The translations under genes and the position numbers were made by a program. Below, piece by piece: positions 1 through 9,543 of a DNA stretch of 64,000 bases. Under the pieces are notes generated by a model, which searched no databases, was not told where the DNA came from, and was given only the letters and a program-made list of their open reading frames with translations. The DNA is from Myxococcales bacterium (lineage in GTDB: Bacteria > Myxococcota_A > Polyangia > Polyangiales > JAFGIB01): positions 33,124 through 97,123 of the forward strand of contig JAOUOP010000020.1 in the NCBI GenBank assembly GCA_029880325.1. Direction: 5' to 3'. Every line of letters begins with the position of its first letter. Positions within the stretch are counted from its first letter, which is position 1.

Positions 1-210
1 ACGCGCGCCATCGGCAAGCCGTCCGACGAGGTGCGGCGCGCCGTCGAGTACGGCCTCGACCACGATCTCCTGCGCTATCGGAGCGAAGCTGGCGTCTGCC
101 GGTGGCAGTTTGCCGACTCCGAGGAGTCCCTGCGCGTGACCGAGGTGGTGCGCACGGCCCCCCACGGGAGCTTGCAGCAGGCCCTCGAAGCGCCCATCGC
201 CGCCGAGTGA
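1..210 (+). CDS. 3' end of a hypothetical protein (runs off the window edge)
   Basis: Frame 1 is open from base 1 to TGA at 208-210 with GC3-rich codons (TRAIGKPSDEVRRAVEYGLDHDLLRY...); convergent with the next gene. Confidence 0.6.
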   Translation, partial: TRAIGKPSDEVRRAVEYGLDHDLLRYRSEAGVCRWQFADSEESLRVTEVVRTAPHGSLQQALEAPIAAE

Positions 211-224
211 GCCGTCACCAGCGC

Positions 225-1454
225 CTACGCGCGCTGCGCATAGGTCCAGCTCAGGAAACGCCCGATGGCGGCGACCACGTGGGCGGTGCGCGTGGAGTGA
301 AAGATTTCGAAGGCGTGATGGGCGCCTTCGATCTCCGCATAGGCCACGGGCTTTTCGGCGTGGCTACGAAGTTTGGCCACGAAGCTGCGAGCCTCGTCCA
401 CGTGGACCAGGGTGTCGTGGGTGCCGTGGATCACGAAGAAGGGCGGCAGCTGTCCCTCGATGCGGTAGAGGGGGGAAGCGCGTTCGAAGCGCTCAGGATC
501 TTCCGAAACCCGGCTCTTGAGCACCCAGCGCGATACCAGTCCGTGAATGGTGGCGGCTGAGGGGTGCCCCAGGCGATTGGTGAAGTCGTAGACGCCGTAG
601 AGGGGCACGCAGGCACAGACCGCGGTGTCGACCTCCTCGAAGCCCGGCTGGTATTCGGGATCGCCCGCGGTCAGCCCCACCATCGCCGCCAGGTGACCGC
701 CGGCCGAACCGCCGGTCACGGCCACGAAATTCGCATCGCCCCCGTAGTCGGCAATGCGCTCGCGGATGAAGCGCAGGGCCAGCTTGGCGTCGACGAGGTG
801 ATCGGGGAAAGTGGCGCGCGGACTCAGCCGGTAGTTGATCGAGACGCAGACCCAGCCCAGGCGCGCCATGTGCAAGAGCAGGGGCACCGCCTGCTGGCGC
901 TTGTGGCCGGTGAACCAGCCGCCGCCGTGGATCTGCAGCAGCACCGGTGCGGCCCGGGCGCCGGCTTTCGGCGTGTAGATGTCGAGCAGGTGGCGGGAGC
1001 CTTCGCCCTCGGCGTAGCGGATGTTGCGATGGAGCGTGACCTTCGGGTCGCGGCGCAGCCAGGGCATCAAGAGATGGCGTGCGGGCGGCTGCGCGCGGGC
1101 GGCCTCTTCATCGATGGCCTGTGCGTAGTCGGGGCCGAGCGCCTCCTGCAGCGCGCTCTCGGCCTCGGGACCGGCGCTGCGCGAGCGCGCCCAGGCCCAC
1201 AGAAGCCCGAGCCACGACAGCAGCGTCAGCAGCATCGCCAGCTGCCCGGGCCAACGTTCGAGCGCGCCGGCGGCCGTGAAGCCGGCGCTGACCAGCACCT
1301 GGAGCAGCAGGTGATGGCCCGGCAGCTCGCTCCAGAGCCAGCCCGCCACAAAGCTCGGGAAGCCGAGCATCGCCACGCGCCGCGGCGGAAAGTGGGCGTT
1401 GAGGGTGAGGATGCTGCCGGCAAGGGCCAGCGCGAGAAAGAGTTCGGCGATCAC
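225..1454 (-). CDS. Alpha/beta hydrolase, HSL-family esterase/lipase with N-terminal membrane segments
   Basis: HGGG oxyanion motif, GGSAGGH nucleophile, HGTHDTLV Asp and HAFE His; hydrophobic N-terminus. Confidence 0.9.
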   Translation of the reverse strand: MIAELFLALALAGSILTLNAHFPPRRVAMLGFPSFVAGWLWSELPGHHLLLQVLVSAGFTAAGALERWPGQLAMLLTLLSWLGLLWAWARSRSAGPEAESALQEALGPDYAQAIDEEAARAQPPARHLLMPWLRRDPKVTLHRNIRYAEGEGSRHLLDIYTPKAGARAAPVLLQIHGGGWFTGHKRQQAVPLLLHMARLGWVCVSINYRLSPRATFPDHLVDAKLALRFIRERIADYGGDANFVAVTGGSAGGHLAAMVGLTAGDPEYQPGFEEVDTAVCACVPLYGVYDFTNRLGHPSAATIHGLVSRWVLKSRVSEDPERFERASPLYRIEGQLPPFFVIHGTHDTLVHVDEARSFVAKLRSHAEKPVAYAEIEGAHHAFEIFHSTRTAHVVAAIGRFLSWTYAQRA

Positions 1455-1513
1455 GGGCGCAGCATAGCGCAGCCTTGGGGGGCTTTGGTTCGCCCTCGCT
1501 CACGGTCTTGGAT

Positions 1514-2407
1514 TCAGCCGTAGGCGACCGCTTCGTTCTCGGACTCCAGCTTCCAGGCTTCCAGGTAGCGCCGGCTGTCGACCTGCCAGGGGTGGAAGCC
1601 CGGCCGGAAAAACGACAGCAGATAACGGATGGTGAAGCGGCGCAGACGTGGCACCAGGTCCGGGTAGGCGGTGACGAGGGCCTTGGACGAGACCGCTCGC
1701 TCGGCGGTGCGCACCTTCTTGAAACCCGCGATCTGGCGCCGAATCATGGGGCGGGTCATCAGCGCCCACATCAGGCCGAAGAGCAGCACGGTGAAGACGC
1801 GCGTGAAGTAGCCGCCGCCGGCGGCCTTGAAGACGTCGAAGGCCACGGCCTTGTGCTCGAGTTCTTCGGCCGCATGCCAGCGCCAGAAGTTCGAGGCCCG
1901 TGGCTCGACGCCCTGGCGCAGCTCGGGAAAGCGGAACTCGACCTCGGCGCCCAGGGCCGTGAGGTGCTCGGCGAAGACGGTCACCGCCAGCGCCATGCGC
2001 TTGGTGAAGTACTTCTCGATGGTCTCGAAGAAGCGTTTGATGGTGTCGGTGGCGTCGTCGGGGTCGAAGCCGTGCTTGCGCAGGGCCTCGTTGAAGACCA
2101 TGTGCACGCGGGTGTGGGCGGCCTCTTGTTTGGCGAAAGCTTTGACGTCTTCCAGCAACTCGGGATCCTTCACCTCCGAGCGCAGGGCATTGACGCTGCG
2201 GATGAAGAACTTCTCGCCCTCGGGGATCACCAGGGAGAAGAGGCCCACCGCGAAACTCGCCGCCGGGCTGCCGCCGGCCCAGAACTTGGGCAGGCCGTCG
2301 AAGTCGCCGAAGTCGGGACGGCGGTAGACGATCTCCACGCCGGGCCGCGTGCGCGGGGTCGCCGCGGCTTCCGCGGGTTTCAGGGGTTGACTCTCCGTTG
2401 CATTCAT
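1514..2407 (-). CDS. Predicted metal-dependent hydrolase (Metal_hydrol type)
   Basis: PEGEKFFIRSV, QEAAH..H, AEHLT, WHAAEELEHKAVAFD, FFRPGFHPW. ATG at 2407 overlaps the TetR stop (ATGA) and follows an AAGGAG RBS. Confidence 0.85.
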   Translation of the reverse strand: MNATESQPLKPAEAAATPRTRPGVEIVYRRPDFGDFDGLPKFWAGGSPAASFAVGLFSLVIPEGEKFFIRSVNALRSEVKDPELLEDVKAFAKQEAAHTRVHMVFNEALRKHGFDPDDATDTIKRFFETIEKYFTKRMALAVTVFAEHLTALGAEVEFRFPELRQGVEPRASNFWRWHAAEELEHKAVAFDVFKAAGGGYFTRVFTVLLFGLMWALMTRPMIRRQIAGFKKVRTAERAVSSKALVTAYPDLVPRLRRFTIRYLLSFFRPGFHPWQVDSRRYLEAWKLESENEAVAYG

Positions 2408-3081
2408 CGCTGTCGCTCCTTCGATAGCTTCCACAGGCGAACGAGTTCGTGGGTGATGACCGCTTCCACGTAGCCCAGCACGCGATCGGCTTCGGCTTCG
2501 GGCTCGAGGCTCTCGTCCTCGAGGATGCGGTCGTAGGCGTCGAAGGCCATCTCGAGCACCATGTGCGCGAGGGCTTCGACGTCATGCAGATGGCTCGCGT
2601 CGATTTCGGCGCGCTGGGCCAGCGCCCACAGGCTGGCGGTGCAGGCCCGCCGCGACCACTGGATCATCTTGCGGATGGTCTGGCCCAGGGGCCCCTCGCC
2701 GTAGCGCTCCTTGAGCAGGAGCGCGTACACCGAGCGCCGCTGCAGGGCATGGGCCAGCAGGCCGTGCAGGGCCTCGCGCTCGGCGTCCCGGTTGCGCTCG
2801 GGCAGGGCCACGATCTCCACCAGCTGCTGGGCCAGCAGGACGTCGTTGAACTCGCGACCCAGGTGCTTGGCGACGGCGGCCAGACATTCGTCGAGATTCT
2901 TGAAGTGGGCGTAGAAGGCCTGCTTGTGCAGTCCGGCCCTGAGCGCGATGGAGGCGGCGGTCAGTCCGCTCGAGCCGTGCTCGTCCGAAAGCGCAAGCGT
3001 CGCCTCGATCAGCGCCGCCCGATTGCGCGCCCGGCGCTTGTCGTTGCGCGGCCGCTTGGCGGGTTTTTCGGCGGCTTCCAT
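2404..3081 (-). CDS. TetR/AcrR family transcriptional regulator
   Basis: N-terminal HTH (NRAALIEAT...TAASIALRAGLHKQAFYAHFKNLDE); start shortened to ATG at 3081. Confidence 0.88.
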   Translation of the reverse strand: MEAAEKPAKRPRNDKRRARNRAALIEATLALSDEHGSSGLTAASIALRAGLHKQAFYAHFKNLDECLAAVAKHLGREFNDVLLAQQLVEIVALPERNRDAEREALHGLLAHALQRRSVYALLLKERYGEGPLGQTIRKMIQWSRRACTASLWALAQRAEIDASHLHDVEALAHMVLEMAFDAYDRILEDESLEPEAEADRVLGYVEAVITHELVRLWKLSKERQR

Positions 3082-3126
3082 CGTAAATCTTGCCCTTGAG
3101 TCGTCCCGATGCACATCGAACGTGAT

Positions 3127-3148
3127 CAGTAATTTCAATAGTTTACTG
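3127..3148. promoter_or_regulatory. Inverted repeat CAGTAA-N10-TTACTG, candidate TetR operator
   Basis: 6-10-6 inverted repeat in the AT-rich region about 45 bp upstream of the TetR start. Confidence 0.35.
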
Positions 3149-3439
3149 TCGAATATGTGCTTTGGATGAGTAATTCTTACCCCAAGGCAATGTTTGTTGC
3201 CAGCAAATTCGATCGGGGTCGCGCGCCGGCCGTGCCGCGGGAGGCCCACAGCTTCCAGGCCGGGTCTCCGCAGCAGCCGATCGGCGCGCCCGCGATTCTG
3301 GAATATCGGCTCCTTCGCCGTGGGTTATGGAGAAGAGCCCGCCGATGACAACTGCGACCACTTCATTTGCGCCTGGCACCCGATCGGCCCGGGCGCGCTT
3401 TGCGGCGAATCCTCGGTGGGGCTCGGCCGTCCCTGTAGC

Positions 3440-4804
3440 ATGGCTCTCGTAATGCCTCGTCGTGGCTGCGACTTTGGACCACTGCTCGTGCTGTGTATGG
3501 CGTGGTCGGTCCTGCCGATGCATGTCCAGGCGCAAGGCGAGGGCGGCGAGGAGGCCCTTGCGCTCGAGGGCCCCGACGACGAGGAGCCCCTCGACAGCCT
3601 CTCGCTGGGCTACGCCGACGGCGGGCGTCTGGAGCATCCCTTTGCGTTGCACGACAGCGAGGTGCTGCATGCGGCCCGTTCCAATCGCTACGGTACCCGC
3701 GAGCTGGTGGGCCTGCTCGAACGCGCCGCCAGCGCCGTCGACCGCGCGGCGCCGGGCTCGCGGCTGGTGGTGGGCAACCTCTCGGCCGAGCAGGGTGGGC
3801 ACCTCTTTCCCCACGAGTCGCACCAGAGCGGTCGCGACGCCGATGTGGGTTTCTACGCGCTGGCCGAAGACGGCACGCCCCGGCCCCAGGCCATCATGCA
3901 GCGGGTGGCGCCCGACGGCGGCATGCGCCGGGGCGAGCAGAGCTTTCGCTTCGACGATGCGCGAAACTGGGAGTTGGTGGTCGCATTCGTCGACGACCCC
4001 ATGGCCGAGACCCAATACGTGATCGTCGCTCCCCACATCCGTGAGCGGCTTTTGGCCTACGCGCGCGACAGCGGCGCCGACGCGGATCAGATCCGCCGCG
4101 TGGAGCTGGTCACCGTCCCCATGCGTGGCAGCGAGTCCCACGACGATCATTTTCATGTGCGCATCTACTGCTCCGTCGGCGACCGTCCCCAATGTCTCGA
4201 TCGCCCGCCGCTGCATCCCTGGTACTACGGCACCCCAAGCCCCGACGCCGTCGCCGCCGCTCGCGCGGCCGACGTCCTGCGCGCCGCGGCCCTGCGCCGT
4301 CGACAGCAGGAGGCGCGCCAGGCCGAGCTGGCCTTGCAGCAGGGGCGGGTGAACGAGGCGCGCCGCGAAGCCGACCGCGCCCGGGTGCTCAGGGCCGACG
4401 GCACCCGTCAACTGCAAGCTGAGCGCGTTCGGGCCATGCGTCTGAGTCAAGATGAGCGGCGCGCCCTGCGCGAGCTGCAGCGACAGGAAAAGGAGATCCA
4501 GCGCGAAGCGATGGCCGCCGAGAGCGGCGAGCGCGGGCGCGCCGCGGCTCTCGAGGGCGATAGCCGCCGCTGGTTTCAGAGCGAACGCCGCCGCGCCGAG
4601 CGTCTGCGGGCGGCCCTACGCCGCCAGCAGGCCGACGACCGCCGTCGCGCGACCCGCCAGAAGGCCCAGGCCCGCCGCGATACTCAGCGGGCCGAGGCCC
4701 AGCGTCGCGCCGAACGCCGGCGGGCCGAAGCGCTGATGAAAAAGGGCGAACGCATCTTGCGCGAGAGTCAAAAGGCGGCACAGCGGCGCATGAACTCGCC
4801 GTAG
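3440..4804 (+). CDS. mepA: Penicillin-insensitive murein endopeptidase (MepA family) with long C-terminal coiled coil
   Basis: S.G....GRL, RYGT, GNLS...GG, HESHQSGRDAD and HDDHFHVR LAS-type Zn motifs; signal-like N-terminus; R/E/A/Q-rich tail. Confidence 0.85.
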   Translation: MALVMPRRGCDFGPLLVLCMAWSVLPMHVQAQGEGGEEALALEGPDDEEPLDSLSLGYADGGRLEHPFALHDSEVLHAARSNRYGTRELVGLLERAASAVDRAAPGSRLVVGNLSAEQGGHLFPHESHQSGRDADVGFYALAEDGTPRPQAIMQRVAPDGGMRRGEQSFRFDDARNWELVVAFVDDPMAETQYVIVAPHIRERLLAYARDSGADADQIRRVELVTVPMRGSESHDDHFHVRIYCSVGDRPQCLDRPPLHPWYYGTPSPDAVAAARAADVLRAAALRRRQQEARQAELALQQGRVNEARREADRARVLRADGTRQLQAERVRAMRLSQDERRALRELQRQEKEIQREAMAAESGERGRAAALEGDSRRWFQSERRRAERLRAALRRQQADDRRRATRQKAQARRDTQRAEAQRRAERRRAEALMKKGERILRESQKAAQRRMNSP

Positions 4805-5124
4805 GCAGCGTGGCCCGAGCGGGCAGCGTCGCCCGGTCGCGCCATGCCGCCGACCGCTTCGTCCCCATGGCCAGCGGCAGGCCCGCCCGTCGAAAGCTCG
4901 TCCCCAGCGCGATCAGGGCGGCGATCGCCGCGCCCGCCAGGTCGACCAGCAATCGCCGAACGCCAGCTGCTTCAACTAAAGACGAACGAAGCGTGGCGAC
5001 AGCAGGCGATCGGCCTCGGGGGCGTTGGCATTGGACCCGGCGGGCTCCGGCTCGACGCTCGACTGCTGGTGGGGGGCTCAAACCGGCGCGCTTCGAACGG
5101 CGCCCGGCAGTGCCAGCCTGCCAG

Positions 5125-8100
5125 TTACGCACCCAGCGAGTCGCCGACCACCGTCGCGTGCAAGTCGCCGGCTTCGACCATGACGCGGCTGAGGTATTCA
5201 CTGGTGATCCAGTCGACCACCGGCGATGGCCCTGGCGCCATCAGCAGGACGGCGACGCCGCTGATGACCCGCTGGGCCTGGTCGCCGTGGCTGAGCACGA
5301 CCACTTGGCCGCGCTGACCATTGGAGGTCATCCAATGGGGCTCGTCTTCGGACAGCGATCCGGTCGCATCGGCCGTGACGGATTCGGGTTCCAGCTCTCG
5401 CGTAAGGTACTCGCGCGCCTGGGCCTCGATGTCTGCGGGCACCTGACCCTCTTCGGTCTGGGCGCAGGGCGTCAGGGTGTCCTCGGCGATGCTGAAGAGG
5501 TAGCCGCCTTCGGCATCGCAGCTCAGGACCAGCAGCTCCAGCGCCCTCCGCAGGCGCGAGGGTGCGTCCTGGCATTCGTGCAGCGCTGACTCGATCGTGG
5601 CCTGCGCCTGGTCCGGAGCGGGCGGCAGCTCGACGGCGGCGTCGACTTCGGCGGCGTCCTTGTGGGACCAGTCGCCGGTCAGGCGCCGGTACTTGGAGGC
5701 CAGGGCAGGGTTGGGATAGGCCAGAAACTCGGCCTCGCAGGCGCCGCTGTGATGCTCGAAGCCCTGTAGGTCGCCCAGGCGCCGCGCCACACGCGCAGCC
5801 GCTTCGTGCGTCAGGCCCAGCAAAAGGCCCTGGGCGCCGAGTGTCTCGAGACATTCAACGCAGCGTTGGGCCTGCTCGCGCGCGCGCTGGGCATGACCCA
5901 ACCAGGCCAGCGCTTCGGCGTAGGGCATGCGCAGAAAGCTCGTGGCATGGCCCAGGCCCGCGTTTTCGGCCAGCTCGAGGTCGCGTTCGGCATCCGTGCA
6001 TACCTGCCCGTAGCGCTCCTGCGACAGCAGAACCTTTAGCCGCGCGCCAGCCGCAAAGGGCCAGACCTGGTGCATTGCGGCCGGCAGCAGCGCAAGGGCT
6101 TGGTCGAGCGCCTGCAGCGCGGCGTCATGATCGCCGCGGATTCGCTCGTACTCCCCGCGCGCCCACAGGGCCATGGGCTCCCAGGTGGGCACGCGCGCGG
6201 CCACCCGTGCGATGGCCTCCTGGTCGTGCCGTACGCCGGTGAGATCGTCGGCGCCGGCGTGGGCCAGGAGCGCCCACAGCAGGGTCACGCTGTCGCTGCT
6301 GGTGCGATGGGGTTGCTCCAGGCGCCACAGCTCGCGCTCGGCGCTGGCCCGCTCTGCCGCTTCCACGTTGCCCAAAAATAGCTGCCACAGCATGCGAATC
6401 GCCAACGCGCTGCCGTGGTAGAGGGGGGCGCCTTCGACCTGCGCTGCCAGTTGTTGGCAGCTCGGCAAGCCGAGGGCCGCTTCCATCATGCCGATGATGC
6501 TGGGCAGGGCCGCCCGCACGCCGTCGGAAAAGGCCGGTTCGAGTCCGGCGCCGCCGGAGTCTTCGAGCTGCGCCAGCGTTTTGCGGTAGATCGCGCAGGC
6601 CTCTTCGAAACGGCCACTGACGCGGGCGTCGAAGCCCAGGCTGAGCTGGTGGGCGACGGCGATGGCGGGCGACAGTGGCAACAGCGGCTCGAGCGAGGGC
6701 ATCTGACGCCATTGGTCGACGTCCAGGTTGCGCGAGAACTCACCGATGGCGGAGATGGTGATGCGCGCCAGGCGTCCGATGGCCCGGGTCGGATCCAGCT
6801 TGCGCTCGTGCTCGGGGGTCTTTTGGTAGCGCACGGTGGCCTGTTCGAGGGCCGTGCGCAGACGCTCGCCCGTGGGCATGGAGTCGTCGAGCCCGGCGTA
6901 GAGGTCGAGCCCGGCGTCGTGGGCGTACTCATTGGCGAGCTCGGCTTGCACGCCATAGCTGCAGCCGTCGCTCTGGGAATGCACGCCGCCGAGGCGGAAG
7001 CGCAGGGCCTGCACCGCCCGGCCGCTGCGACCCTGGGCCTGGGCCAACTCGATGCCCATGCGGTAGATCTGGGACCAATCGCTCGGCAGGGCGCGCAAGA
7101 AATCGAAGTAGCGCTGTTGGCTGGTGGAGATGTCGTCGTGGTGCCGGGTGGCGTGCTCGACCAGCAGTTCCACCGCAGCGTCCTCCCGTCCGGCGAGCAA
7201 GGCGTGGCGGGCGGCGCGCACGGCGTCGTCGCGACGGGCGAAGACCTCGGCCAGGCGCGTGTGCATCTCGGGGCCAGCCGCACCCGAAAGGGGCTGCACC
7301 CACAGCTCGGACTCGAGCCCATAGAACTCGGCGCGACGGGCCACGATCGACGCTGACACCAGGCGGTCGAGGCTGCGGTAGACGCGTCCCAGATCTCCAT
7401 GCTCGGACAGGGCCTGGCACTCGCGCACGTCGAAGTGCTGGTCGGGGCACAGGGCCAGGGTCTGTGCCAACGCCCCCGCGTCGGCGTCCAGACCCGCTAC
7501 ACTCAGGGTCAAGGCCTGCGCCATCGAGCCTGGCAATCCCGCCGCGTTGAAGTCCTCGGGCAGCACGAAGGCGCCGTCGATCCGTCGAATCGCGTCGCGA
7601 TCGATCAGGTGCTGGGCCAGGCGCATCAGATCCCGAGGGTTGCCTTCGGCGACCTCGTCGAAGTGCAGCACCAGGCGCCCGAGGTTCGGGACCTCGCCAA
7701 AGACCGATTCGAATAGCTCGTGGGTTTGCTCGCGAGTCAAGCGCGACAGGTGCAGCTCGGTGCTCGCCGCCGCCAGCGGCTCGGTGGTGTCGTCCAGGGC
7801 GCGCGCAGCGTCGAGTGTGGTCAGCAGCAAAAGCGGCATGCGCGCGGTGTCGTGGGCCAACAGCGAAAGCAGCGCGCGCGAGTCGGCATCCAGGGCGTCG
7901 ATGTCGTCGGCCGCGATCAACAGCGGCGTGCTTTCACTCAGACGCAGCAGCAGACGTCGCACGGCCGCCTTGACGCGCAGCTCGACGCCGGCCTCTTGGT
8001 CTGCCTGTGGGGATAGCATCAGGACCGGGGCCAGCTCCGGCAGCAGCCTTGCCAACACCTGTCCATCGGGGGCCGCGGCCCGCTCGAACCCCTCCCGGCG

Positions 8101-9219
8101 CTGGACCAGCAGCTGCTGCAAGAGCGAGCGCGACAGGGCGTCGGTGTCGGGCAGCAATTCCTGTCCGGCCACGCGCAGGACGGTGAAGCCCCTGAGCTGG
8201 GCCTCGAGCGCGCTCGCTTCCAGCAGTCGCGAGCGCCCCACACCCGCCGCACCACGGATCAGCAGCGCGCTTCCGCGCCGCTCTTCAGAAGCGCGTTCGA
8301 TTCCCGAGATCACCTGGCCGAGCTGCGCCTCGCGAGCGACCAGGGTGGGCATGGTCAGATGGGCGCGCGAAACCAGCAGCCGTTCGTCCCGTTGCAGCTT
8401 GGCGATGGCGCTCAGGCGCTGGGCCACCTCGACCACGCTGGCGGGGCGCGCCCGTGGATCGAGCTGCAAGAGATCCATCACCAGGGCGTCGAGGGCGGGG
8501 GGGATCGACGCGACCAGCGACGAGGGCGGCGCCGGGGAGTTGCGCCACAGGGCTGGCAGCTGCCGAAAGGAGCGGGCCGGATAGGGGACGAAGCCGACCA
8601 GCGTCGCATACAGCGTCACCCCCAGTGCGTAGAGGTCGGCGCGACCGTCCACCGGCTGGCCGTAGACCACTTCGGGGGCGGCCACCGCCGGAGTGCAGAC
8701 GGCGTCGGCCTGGGCGTGTCCCATGGGGATCAGGGCGCCGAAGTCGATCAGCTTGGCCTTGCCGTCGCTGGTGCAGCGAATGTTGCGCGCGCTCAGGTCG
8801 CGGTAGACCGCATGGCGCGAGTGCAAGAGCGACAGCGCCGAGCACACATCGTAGGCGATGGCACAGGCCTGGGCCCACGGCAGCGGCGACAGCTCGAGCA
8901 GATCACCGCCATCCAGCAGCTCCATGGCGTAATAGGGCCGCTCGTGGTCGAGACCGAAGTCGCGCACCGCCACGATGCGCGGATGATCGAAGTGACTGAG
9001 GGCGTGGTACTCGCGGTAGAAAAGCTCGCGGCTGCGCCGGGCCTGCTCGGCGCCCTTGTCCTCGGTGATGAGCAGCTTCAGGGCCACCCTCGAATCGCTC
9101 ACCGAGTCGTGGGCTGCGTAGACCACGGCCATGCCGCCGCGACCGATGAGCCTCTCGCAGAGGTAGCGCCCCGCCACCCGCTTGCCGGAGAAGTCCGGTG
9201 CCCCAGGAATCCTTTCCAC
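5125..9219 (-). CDS. Large protein kinase with AAA/STAND-like ATPase domain and helical repeat region
   Basis: GRGGMAVVY, VALK, YRDLSARN, LIDFG, APE, DGRADLYALG; LVARE...GAAGVGRS Walker A-like and IAADD Walker B-like motifs. Confidence 0.9.
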   Translation of the reverse strand: MERIPGAPDFSGKRVAGRYLCERLIGRGGMAVVYAAHDSVSDSRVALKLLITEDKGAEQARRSRELFYREYHALSHFDHPRIVAVRDFGLDHERPYYAMELLDGGDLLELSPLPWAQACAIAYDVCSALSLLHSRHAVYRDLSARNIRCTSDGKAKLIDFGALIPMGHAQADAVCTPAVAAPEVVYGQPVDGRADLYALGVTLYATLVGFVPYPARSFRQLPALWRNSPAPPSSLVASIPPALDALVMDLLQLDPRARPASVVEVAQRLSAIAKLQRDERLLVSRAHLTMPTLVAREAQLGQVISGIERASEERRGSALLIRGAAGVGRSRLLEASALEAQLRGFTVLRVAGQELLPDTDALSRSLLQQLLVQRREGFERAAAPDGQVLARLLPELAPVLMLSPQADQEAGVELRVKAAVRRLLLRLSESTPLLIAADDIDALDADSRALLSLLAHDTARMPLLLLTTLDAARALDDTTEPLAAASTELHLSRLTREQTHELFESVFGEVPNLGRLVLHFDEVAEGNPRDLMRLAQHLIDRDAIRRIDGAFVLPEDFNAAGLPGSMAQALTLSVAGLDADAGALAQTLALCPDQHFDVRECQALSEHGDLGRVYRSLDRLVSASIVARRAEFYGLESELWVQPLSGAAGPEMHTRLAEVFARRDDAVRAARHALLAGREDAAVELLVEHATRHHDDISTSQQRYFDFLRALPSDWSQIYRMGIELAQAQGRSGRAVQALRFRLGGVHSQSDGCSYGVQAELANEYAHDAGLDLYAGLDDSMPTGERLRTALEQATVRYQKTPEHERKLDPTRAIGRLARITISAIGEFSRNLDVDQWRQMPSLEPLLPLSPAIAVAHQLSLGFDARVSGRFEEACAIYRKTLAQLEDSGGAGLEPAFSDGVRAALPSIIGMMEAALGLPSCQQLAAQVEGAPLYHGSALAIRMLWQLFLGNVEAAERASAERELWRLEQPHRTSSDSVTLLWALLAHAGADDLTGVRHDQEAIARVAARVPTWEPMALWARGEYERIRGDHDAALQALDQALALLPAAMHQVWPFAAGARLKVLLSQERYGQVCTDAERDLELAENAGLGHATSFLRMPYAEALAWLGHAQRAREQAQRCVECLETLGAQGLLLGLTHEAAARVARRLGDLQGFEHHSGACEAEFLAYPNPALASKYRRLTGDWSHKDAAEVDAAVELPPAPDQAQATIESALHECQDAPSRLRRALELLVLSCDAEGGYLFSIAEDTLTPCAQTEEGQVPADIEAQAREYLTRELEPESVTADATGSLSEDEPHWMTSNGQRGQVVVLSHGDQAQRVISGVAVLLMAPGPSPVVDWITSEYLSRVMVEAGDLHATVVGDSLGA

Positions 9220-9466
9220 ACCAGAATATTATGCTGTCGACGGAACTCCCGTCAATGGCGTGACAGGCTGGATCTGGCCTACAGCGCGTGAATTTCGCGT
9301 TCGAGTTTTGGGGTTCGGCCCTGGGGTTGCTATCGGGCAGCTGCCGTGGGGGCCGAGCCGGCGCCCGGCTGTTGCCCACGCCCCGACCGCGCCCAAATCG
9401 AGCTGGCGAAAAGCCCGTAGAGCGGCCGCCACGGTCTATTGCCGGCGCCCGCGTGCACTGCGCACA

Positions 9467-9478
9467 GTAAACGTTTAC
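9467..9478. promoter_or_regulatory. LacI-family operator GTAAACGTTTAC (site 1)
   Basis: Perfect 12-bp palindrome with central CG upstream of the LacI gene; identical copy at 10572. Confidence 0.8.
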
Positions 9479-9543
9479 ACTCCCGCTCGCGGCACAGCCC
9501 CCGCCGCACGAAGTCTTTTCCCATGCCGCCGCGCGCTCCCGAG

